Below, piece by piece: positions 57,088-64,000 of a stretch of DNA of 64,000 nucleotides; position 1 is the first letter of the stretch; every line of letters starts with the position of its first letter. Source of the stretch: a virus. The translations under genes and the position numbers were made by a program. The notes below the pieces were generated by a model that was not told the DNA's origin, did not search any database, and saw only the letters and a list, made by a program, of their open reading frames with translations. Location of the stretch: IMG/VR virus record IMGVR_UViG_3300025282_000024. One strand, given 5' to 3'.

Positions 57088-60000
57088 TTATGCGGAAGCT
57101 TTGTCCTTTTTCTTCACTACCGGCTTCGCTGTTTTAAGGTACACGGTTCCGGCCCCCCCTTGCGTCACCCAGGCGCGCCATGCTTTCGGTGAACTCTTAT
57201 GGGGGCCGGTGTATGAACAACCATTTTTCTTTAATCTCGCACGTGCCCATTTAAAGTCTGCTCCATGTACTTTCAGCATTGAAGAGGACCAAGGCCTGTT
57301 CAATCTCACGTGATAGTGGTTAGCGTGAGCGGGTACCATACTAAACATTTTCAGTATTTTTTTCCTTGTTGCTCCCCCATCTCCTACAAAAGCTTTAAAT
57401 AACTTTTTAAACGCAGGATCGGGGGTACCAAACCAAAGATCATATTGTTGTTTTTCCAACTCCAACATTCGTTTTTTTAGCCAGGGCCCAAATCTGGAGC
57501 CTTTTTTGTTGTTTACTCCAAAATATATTGCAGAGCCAGGAAAATATTTAAGTGTAAGAAGCCCCAACGCAATAGTTTTATCATAGTCTACAACCATGCC
57601 CTTGTGTTTTTTTGCTTTGTCAGGGCTCTCATAAAGTCGTTGAAAACGGCGGGGGGAGGCGCCTGGCCCCGACAGAACTAGGCTGGTACCAGGAGAGTTT
57701 TTATAATCAATTGGCAAAGTCATATCAAAATCATTACCCTCTCTGTGAGAATTGTGGCCTCGCACCATATCAATACCATTGGCCCATTTTGGGGAAACAT
57801 CTCCTATCATCCATTGTATACCTGATTTTCCTTTTTGGGATCCTCTAACTATAGTAGCATATGCGCCGCTCTTAGCAGGTTTGGCAGCTTTACCCCATAT
57901 GGGATTTTCTAAGACTTTATCTATAAATTCTCCTACTTTCTTATTACCATAAGAATAGTTATAAACTTGTCTCCTTTGAGCAGTATATTTTTTACCTTTT
58001 ACAAAAGCTGATATATTAATTAATCCTAAAGGATTTGGGCCGCACTCTACTTTTCCAGAAGGGACGCTTCCCTTGGCGCCCTTTTTCTTGCCCTTAATTC
58101 TCGCTCTGCAATCTTTCTCACAGGCTTTCAATTGTTTTCGCTTAACTGTATTGGCTCTTTGTCTTGCTTTCTTGCCCTTTGCACATTTTACATTAGGGTC
58201 AGCTAATTTATGTTTATCAGGGAGTGGCTTTCCTTCGTAGTTATAAGCATTTCCATCATCGTCATATGAAACAGGAACTTCTGCTGGTTTTACTTTTATA
58301 GCCGGAGCTTTTATTGGAATTCCATCAACTTTTCCACTTTCTAATAAAGAAGGTGTGCCGAATCTTTTTTCTAGTGGGCCATAGTGGCCACCTGCGGTAT
58401 TCAGGTCCAAATATAATCCTTCTAATTTAGTCAGATTATCTGCTGGAGGGGGCTGAATATCTTTACATCCATTAAATTGTTTACCGCCGGGAAGACCTTT
58501 GGGGTCACAAGGATTTTGTGATATAAATCTTTTAATATTTGGCTTAACAACGGTCAATGTTTCAGCCTCTTTGGGCGTATAAATGTGTATCTCCAAATCT
58601 TTCCCTGGATTAAAGCCACTTTTGTTATTCACAAAAATCTTTTCAAAAACTGGATCAATCGCGAAGGAGTAAGAAGAGTCGAGATAATCTATTCTTTTAA
58701 GCTTAGTACTCCCAATTGTGTTACTAGATAATTGCTCCACTAAACCAGCTAGAGAATAACCACCTCCAGAAAATGATTTAATATTTATAAATTTGGGATT
58801 GGCTGTTGCACCTAAACCTTTCTTAAGGTCGGTATTCTTTATTTTATCAACCACTTCTTTATGAAAATCCGCAAAAGTGGCGCCCGAGTCAGAGCCAAAA
58901 GTAGCTTTTTTAACCCCGATCTTAGAATAAACATTCAGCTGGGTCGTTACATATACTATATTTCTTTTTTGTTTGTGAACCATTTCATACAAAGACTCTT
59001 GAATTTTTTTTCTAAATCCCATCCCCCGCCAAAGAGTTTCTCCCGGAGAATCACCCTGGAGCCCATGGAGAAAATATATTAACTCATAAGGTTTCGTTAA
59101 ATCAGCTCCCTGCGGGACGACAATTGCGGTCTTGCCTTTCTGTGCTTTAGTTTCTGAAGAATTATATAATAAAGTTTTTCCCTTAAACTCTGAAAAGAAA
59201 CTTTTATCTTGGGCTGAAATTTCGGCACTGTCACCCTCAGACTTAATAACCATGCCGGGCGTTTTTAAGACTTCGGTTGCAGAAACTGCGGTTGGAGCGC
59301 TGGCCTCTTCCCACCATGTAATCCAGTCAAAACTGAGCGGGGCCGAAACTCCTCTGAAAATAAAATTCACCCATCGACCAGACAATCTTAAAGTTTTTGC
59401 TTTGTTGCTCTCAATAAATTTTTTGCCACTGTCGTATTCACCTTTGAGTTTCTTATAGTCCGGTTCGTTTTTGGCCAATTGGGTGCCCCCCTTCTTATAA
59501 ATCAGGGCGCCCTCATAAAACTTTTTTAGTTCATCAATGGCTTGATTTAAGGGATCTTTAGACGAAGCTAGCGTCATAGTAGTCAGCCATTCTATAGTGA
59601 ATGAAGAGGTGCGACCGATGTATGCAGCAACAGCATTTTTAGGCAAGTCTGGGGCTTTATCTGATAAGTGATATTCAACTTCCACTTTGTTGGGATCAAT
59701 GGCAATCATAATATCCTTTATGTCATTGTCGTGCCAATGATTGGCCTCGGTAGAACTATAATCCGCGTCCCATAATTGTATTTTTTTCAAATTTTTAAAC
59801 TTACCGAATTTTTTTATTCGAGCTAAGTTGGAAATTGCAATAGCGCCATAACGATCCGCAACCAAAGTTGTTTGTTGAATTTTTTTCTTTTGAATTGAAA
59901 ATTTCTCACTTAAAACTTTATTAACTGCCCCAACTAGTTTTTCAATATGACCTGCAACTCCTGCGCCTATGGACTTTTGTTCATATGACATTGTTTGTCT

Positions 60001-61152
60001 ATTAAATATTTTTGATGTACCATCGAAGTTCCATACCGGCCATTGTCTATCTCCGTATGTCGTGAGTTTCGTGTTTGGCTTCGATGTGGCGCGGGGATAT
60101 CCATTATTTTTGGTCATTTTCTCCTTTGACCACATCATTTCAGGCATTACAAAAACAAGATTCCGGCGGGCCCCATCAAATTGAGGATTTTTTTTGGTCA
60201 TTTGAGTTATTGTTTTTCCAATCTCATTCCACTCTTTTGAATCATTTGCAAATTTTCCTTGATCATGGAAAAAATAAATTACTTCAAGGCCTTTATTTGG
60301 ACTAACACCAGTTGGCATATATATTAGTACACTGCGACCCTCTCCTTCGATCATCTGCAACCCGTCTTTTGTGCCGTTCCCCTCTAATTTACCAATATAA
60401 ACAATTCCTTTAAAGTTATCATTGCTTTTGGGATCCACTAATTTTGCTAGCCATTTCGGCGCTTCAGCTCCTGGGGCGCCATTTATTAATTTGTTTTCTT
60501 GATGGCCGGCGTCTGTAGTTAAAGGTATGACATCATCCAACTTAGATGCCTTCTTGTTTTTATTAATGCAATCTCCAACTGCCCCTTCGCCAGTATAACT
60601 TTTTTTGCAAGCGTCTATGCAATCTTTTAGTTCTTGTACATTAGCTTTTATGTTTTTAGGATCTACAGGACCTGCAAAATACAGCCGGCTGATGGCCCCC
60701 TTATTTGCCAACTCTACCTTCACTAAGTCGCCAGGGGCGGCCCCTTGGCGCTGTACTAATGTATCGATTGCTTGTATTGTCGGGTATGCATCAATTGCCA
60801 GCTTATCTTGCCTGGTTTCTTCCGGAAGATTATCCGGTTTTGTTAACATAAAATGTAACTCAGGGACACAAACTTTATACGTATTTAAGCTGTATTTTGC
60901 AGAGGCGCCTGTGTTGGAATTTAATGCAACTGCACTATCCTGGGGGGTGCATTCGTTATCAACCCTCAACAATACACCAATAAGAGTGCCAGAGGTTTTA
61001 AACTTATTTGGGGTAAAAACCCTATCCTTCATCCGAGCTATTATAGACTGAGGTGTCTCAGACTGAGAATCAATGCTCTCTTGATCTACATCATCAACAT
61101 TAAAATCATTAAGATATCCTGGCTGAATATCCAATATTGGAGGCCTGCTCAT
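57088..61152 (-). CDS. gp5-like baseplate hub with two alpha/beta-hydrolase-like domains and a C-terminal MepA-like (M74) murein endopeptidase
   Basis: N-terminal YKVCVPELH...PGDLVKVE; IYFFHDQG and IYFLHGLQG...SFSGGG...YLDSSY; C-terminal IGDVS...GHNSHREGNDFD...HANHYHVR. Confidence 0.7.
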   Translation of the reverse strand: MSRPPILDIQPGYLNDFNVDDVDQESIDSQSETPQSIIARMKDRVFTPNKFKTSGTLIGVLLRVDNECTPQDSAVALNSNTGASAKYSLNTYKVCVPELHFMLTKPDNLPEETRQDKLAIDAYPTIQAIDTLVQRQGAAPGDLVKVELANKGAISRLYFAGPVDPKNIKANVQELKDCIDACKKSYTGEGAVGDCINKNKKASKLDDVIPLTTDAGHQENKLINGAPGAEAPKWLAKLVDPKSNDNFKGIVYIGKLEGNGTKDGLQMIEGEGRSVLIYMPTGVSPNKGLEVIYFFHDQGKFANDSKEWNEIGKTITQMTKKNPQFDGARRNLVFVMPEMMWSKEKMTKNNGYPRATSKPNTKLTTYGDRQWPVWNFDGTSKIFNRQTMSYEQKSIGAGVAGHIEKLVGAVNKVLSEKFSIQKKKIQQTTLVADRYGAIAISNLARIKKFGKFKNLKKIQLWDADYSSTEANHWHDNDIKDIMIAIDPNKVEVEYHLSDKAPDLPKNAVAAYIGRTSSFTIEWLTTMTLASSKDPLNQAIDELKKFYEGALIYKKGGTQLAKNEPDYKKLKGEYDSGKKFIESNKAKTLRLSGRWVNFIFRGVSAPLSFDWITWWEEASAPTAVSATEVLKTPGMVIKSEGDSAEISAQDKSFFSEFKGKTLLYNSSETKAQKGKTAIVVPQGADLTKPYELIYFLHGLQGDSPGETLWRGMGFRKKIQESLYEMVHKQKRNIVYVTTQLNVYSKIGVKKATFGSDSGATFADFHKEVVDKIKNTDLKKGLGATANPKFINIKSFSGGGYSLAGLVEQLSSNTIGSTKLKRIDYLDSSYSFAIDPVFEKIFVNNKSGFNPGKDLEIHIYTPKEAETLTVVKPNIKRFISQNPCDPKGLPGGKQFNGCKDIQPPPADNLTKLEGLYLDLNTAGGHYGPLEKRFGTPSLLESGKVDGIPIKAPAIKVKPAEVPVSYDDDGNAYNYEGKPLPDKHKLADPNVKCAKGKKARQRANTVKRKQLKACEKDCRARIKGKKKGAKGSVPSGKVECGPNPLGLINISAFVKGKKYTAQRRQVYNYSYGNKKVGEFIDKVLENPIWGKAAKPAKSGAYATIVRGSQKGKSGIQWMIGDVSPKWANGIDMVRGHNSHREGNDFDMTLPIDYKNSPGTSLVLSGPGASPRRFQRLYESPDKAKKHKGMVVDYDKTIALGLLTLKYFPGSAIYFGVNNKKGSRFGPWLKKRMLELEKQQYDLWFGTPDPAFKKLFKAFVGDGGATRKKILKMFSMVPAHANHYHVRLNRPWSSSMLKVHGADFKWARARLKKNGCSYTGPHKSSPKAWRAWVTQGGAGTVYLKTAKPVVKKKDKASA

Positions 61153-61155
61153 CTA

Positions 61156-61461
61156 TTATTTATCTCCACTCTGGATTATATCAAAAAGATGCTCCTTATC
61201 TTCATCATTTAATTCTAAAGAGTCGTCCCGCCTTTTGTTTAAAATTGCAGTAATTTTAACTAACTGCTCATTAGAGCGCTGCAGGGTTTCAACATATTTA
61301 GAAGCAATCATGCCTAATTGTTTGTGGTTCTCTAAATCAGAGGTTTTTTTCATCTCCAATAAAAGATCTGTTAATAAGGTACTTGTTATCGCTCGATCAT
61401 TTCTAATGTTTTTTATTGACTCTTCAATATAGTCATTAATGTCCTCTACTCTTCTTCCCAT
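61156..61461 (-). CDS. Hypothetical helical protein, 101 aa (possible small terminase subunit)
   Basis: Two amphipathic helices; overlaps the end of the sigma-like gene. Confidence 0.6.
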   Translation of the reverse strand: MGRRVEDINDYIEESIKNIRNDRAITSTLLTDLLLEMKKTSDLENHKQLGMIASKYVETLQRSNEQLVKITAILNKRRDDSLELNDEDKEHLFDIIQSGDK

Positions 61462-62135
61462 TTCTTTCTAAAATCCCTATACTTAATCCTTAATTTGTTT
61501 AAGGAGCTTACGACTTGTTTGGTGTTTAAACCAGTAATCTCTCTGATGTATAGGTAAATAGCTTTCTTATTAAAAATTTCTATATTTTCAGATTCTTCAA
61601 AAAGAATTTTTACGGCTTGAATAACTTTTTTATCATTTGTTCTTGTTGCCACCACTTCCCATGCAACAATATTGTTCCTAAAGTGCGCCCAAAATTCTCT
61701 TTTAATTGCATCTTGCATTGAAGTATTATAAACAACAAGGGGGTGACTATTATTAATATTCTCACTCTCAGGCACACAATAATTTTCAATTAATACTTCT
61801 CGCCTATATCTCTGTGATGTTTTCTTGACTTTGTGTATAAACCAATTTTTTGTTATGACACTAAAATAAGAAAAAGCCTTTGAACCCTTGCTTGGGTCAT
61901 ATTTATCTAATATAGTGATCAGCCAATTTTTACAGTCTTCTTTTAAATAATCAATATTGGGAAGGCTAGTAAACTTGTAAGTATAAACAATTTTATCAAC
62001 CATTTCGTCAAAGGCCGGGCCGATGAGTGTTGCGTATAAAGAATTTCTTGTTTTTGGATCATTCGTATTACAATATTCAATTATTGCATTTTCATGTACT
62101 TTTGTAAAATACATGTTTTTTCTTTTACGAGCCAT
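61446..62135 (-). CDS. Phage RNA polymerase sigma factor (T4 gp55-like late sigma)
   Basis: YFTKVHENAIIEY and region-2 motif KYDPSKGSKAFSYFSVITKNWFI; C-terminal HTH-like IREITGLNTKQV. Confidence 0.8.
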   Translation of the reverse strand: MARKRKNMYFTKVHENAIIEYCNTNDPKTRNSLYATLIGPAFDEMVDKIVYTYKFTSLPNIDYLKEDCKNWLITILDKYDPSKGSKAFSYFSVITKNWFIHKVKKTSQRYRREVLIENYCVPESENINNSHPLVVYNTSMQDAIKREFWAHFRNNIVAWEVVATRTNDKKVIQAVKILFEESENIEIFNKKAIYLYIREITGLNTKQVVSSLNKLRIKYRDFRKKWEEE

Positions 62136-62138
62136 TGT

Positions 62139-62438
62139 TTATATGTCTTCCTCATTATGCCCTTCTTCATCAGCATAATTAATATCATAAGTGGCCCTAA
62201 AATTTTTAGCGCTTTCCGAAAGAAGCTTCGAGTGCCGCAAAAGATTCTCCAACGTAGTATCCCCATAAAATCTTTCTAAATTATATACAATATCAACATG
62301 CTCAGAGTACTCTTCTAAACTAATAAATAAGCCTTCTAGTTCCTCAGATATATTAAGAAAACGCTTTACTAACTGTACTATATACCAAACTAATAATCCA
62401 TTGATTACAACGGAAATTCCTAAAAATATTTCAATCAT
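62139..62438 (-). CDS. Protein with N-terminal TM and coiled coil, 99 aa
   Basis: IFLGISVVINGLLVWYIV followed by an acidic helix; ATGA overlap with the upstream gene. Confidence 0.7.
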   Translation of the reverse strand: MIEIFLGISVVINGLLVWYIVQLVKRFLNISEELEGLFISLEEYSEHVDIVYNLERFYGDTTLENLLRHSKLLSESAKNFRATYDINYADEEGHNEEDI

Positions 62439-62686
62439 CTTTTATCCTTCAGCTCCTCTTTGTGTTGATCAAGCTCTTTTTTAGAATTCTTAATGAATTC
62501 TTCAACATGTGAACCAACTTTTGGTTTGTCGGGTTCCGGGCTCTTAGAGAGATTGTGAAAAATACTTGGCTTGCGATAAATATTTTTAGACTTACAGCGT
62601 TTGCAGTCTTCGGCCTCTTCAGTCATGCCATGATTTTCTTTCCATTCTTCACAGCAATCATCACATGCATAGACATATATGGGCAT
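62435..62686 (-). CDS. FmdB-family zinc ribbon protein
   Basis: MPIYVYACDDC...CKRC.S. Confidence 0.85.
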   Translation of the reverse strand: MPIYVYACDDCCEEWKENHGMTEEAEDCKRCKSKNIYRKPSIFHNLSKSPEPDKPKVGSHVEEFIKNSKKELDQHKEELKDKR

Positions 62687-62687
62687 T

Positions 62688-62921
62688 TTATGCCTTGTTG
62701 TCTGTATCTGTGGTATCTACATTTTGTTGTAAACTTTCTTCAAAATTATCATCAAATTTAACAAGCGGAGGATTTATAACCACCAATCCATGTGGGGAAT
62801 CTTTTATCTTAAAGCCGCTCAATACCGGAACAATATCAGATTGCTCCATTAAACTTTTTTGTAGCGCCATCATAACAGCTCCCACGGCTTGATCTGACAT
62901 TCGCATTTCTTTTAATTTCAT
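62688..62921 (-). CDS. Hypothetical protein, 77 aa
   Basis: SD AAGGAG; overlaps the gmd stop. Confidence 0.7.
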   Translation of the reverse strand: MKLKEMRMSDQAVGAVMMALQKSLMEQSDIVPVLSGFKIKDSPHGLVVINPPLVKFDDNFEESLQQNVDTTDTDNKA

Positions 62922-63895
62922 TTAATTTCTCCTTTTATTAAATTGTAATCATGATCATACATCATTTCGGCTAAACCTTTAAATGTTATACTTGGGCCCC
63001 AATTTAGTTTCTCTTTTGCTTTTGTATAATCTCCCAAAAGCAGCGGCACCTCATGAGGTCTGTAAAATTGAGGATCGATATCAACATAAAATTCAGGATT
63101 TCCTAGGCCTGCGTGATGGAATACATAATGTAAAAACTCTTCCACGGTATGTGCTTCATTTGTAGCAATAACATAATCTCCTGGCTTATCTTGTTGTAAC
63201 ATAAGCCACATGGCTTTAACATAATCGCCGGCGAAACCCCAATCCCTTTTAGAATGTATATTTCCTAATGAAAGTCTTTTCTGTAATCCTAATTTAATCC
63301 TCGCTGCAGCCAGAGTAATCTTTCTAGTTACAAAGGTCTCTCCTCTTCGTGGGGATTCGTGATTAAAAAGAATCCCACTTGAAGCATGGATACCATATGA
63401 TTTTCTATAATTCCTCACAAGATTGTGTGCAAACACTTTTGCACAGGCGTAAGGAGAGGCCGGCATAAGCTTAGACTCCTCATTAAAAGGAATGTTGACA
63501 TTATCGCCAAACATTTCAGAAGATGAAGCCTGATAAAAGCGGGCATGTGGTACAATGTGGCGCATGGCCTCCAATAATCGTAATGTCCCCATGGCCACGC
63601 CGTCTACGGTATTTATCGGCACGTCAAAAGATACTCTAACATGAGATTGAGCAGCTAAATTGTAAATTTCATCTGGTTTATATTTCAAAAATAATGACCA
63701 CATGCATGAAGAATCATTTAGATCAAAATATTCTAAAATAAAATTTTCATTATTATAAATATGATCAACCCTTTCAGTGCGAATAGTAGATGTCCTTCGT
63801 TTCGCACCGACCACTTTATACCCCTTTTCTAACAATAACTCTGCTAAATAAGAACCATCTTGACCAGTTACTCCTGTAATAAAAGCTGTTTTCAT
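62918..63895 (-). CDS. gmd: GDP-mannose 4,6-dehydratase
   Basis: ITGVTGQDGSYLAELLL, YNLAAQSHVRVSF, YQASSSEMFG, SPYACAK, GILFNHESPRRGETFVTRKIT and RDWG. Confidence 0.98.
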   Translation of the reverse strand: MKTAFITGVTGQDGSYLAELLLEKGYKVVGAKRRTSTIRTERVDHIYNNENFILEYFDLNDSSCMWSLFLKYKPDEIYNLAAQSHVRVSFDVPINTVDGVAMGTLRLLEAMRHIVPHARFYQASSSEMFGDNVNIPFNEESKLMPASPYACAKVFAHNLVRNYRKSYGIHASSGILFNHESPRRGETFVTRKITLAAARIKLGLQKRLSLGNIHSKRDWGFAGDYVKAMWLMLQQDKPGDYVIATNEAHTVEEFLHYVFHHAGLGNPEFYVDIDPQFYRPHEVPLLLGDYTKAKEKLNWGPSITFKGLAEMMYDHDYNLIKGEIK

Positions 63896-64000
63896 ACCCC
63901 TAACTCTCTAAAACATTTATCAATAGCATCACGTGCGTTAATTTTAGCATACCAACCAATATTTTTTAAAGGTATTGTGCCGGCTAAAGTATGTTTGACA
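63892..64000 (-). CDS. C-terminal fragment of a probable NAD-dependent epimerase/dehydratase (5' part outside the window)
   Basis: Reads VKHTLAGTIPLKNIGWYAKINARDAIDKCFRELGV*, resembling extended-SDR C-termini; ATGA overlap with gmd. Confidence 0.5.
   Translation of the reverse strand, partial: VKHTLAGTIPLKNIGWYAKINARDAIDKCFRELGV

Noticed and set aside
21-63165. All plus-strand ORFs and the short nested minus-strand ORFs in the ORF track
   Set aside because: They are antisense or out-of-frame shadows of long, motif-supported minus-strand genes and have no recognisable motifs.
1-64000. Stop-codon reassignment (code 15 or 4), as seen in some large phages
   Set aside because: Standard-code ORFs tile the window densely, multi-kb genes are uninterrupted, and TAG and TGA end genes at sensible positions.
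1-64000. tRNA, rRNA, integrase/transposase, tail sheath and tail tube genes
   Set aside because: None could be recognised. Intergenic gaps are mostly too short for RNA genes, and sheath and tube genes probably lie outside the window.

Overview
This is a 64 kb segment of a large, AT-rich dsDNA bacteriophage distantly related to T4, probably with a contractile tail. All credible genes lie on the minus strand and use the standard code. In transcription order (right to left) the window holds: (1) nucleotide-sugar genes (a partial NAD-dependent epimerase and gmd), an FmdB zinc ribbon and a gp55-like late sigma factor; (2) a baseplate and fibre module, comprising a gp5-like hub with two alpha/beta-hydrolase-like domains and a MepA-like endopeptidase, a separate spike, gp25- and gp6-like wedge proteins, a 3548-aa multi-LamG protein and several 1-2 kaa orphans; (3) an island with sigma70-type promoters (RuvC-like resolvase, primase, Hsp20, fused Mre11-Rad50/SbcDC); (4) a putative holin/spanin trio and two peptidase-S74 fibres; (5) a head module (terminase, portal, prohead protease, ribosomal protein bS21, scaffold, and a major capsid protein cut by the window edge). 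Signals beyond routine annotation are a pervasive [ST]-[GAS]-[ST] tripeptide confined to a subset of virion proteins (candidate O-glycosylation sequon, given the nearby sugar genes), a recurring intergenic CTANTTA(T/A) candidate late promoter, a ROSE-like thermometer on hsp20, a structured fibre-gene leader and two small ORFs missing from the ORF track. All product calls come from motif recognition by eye; no database searches were run.
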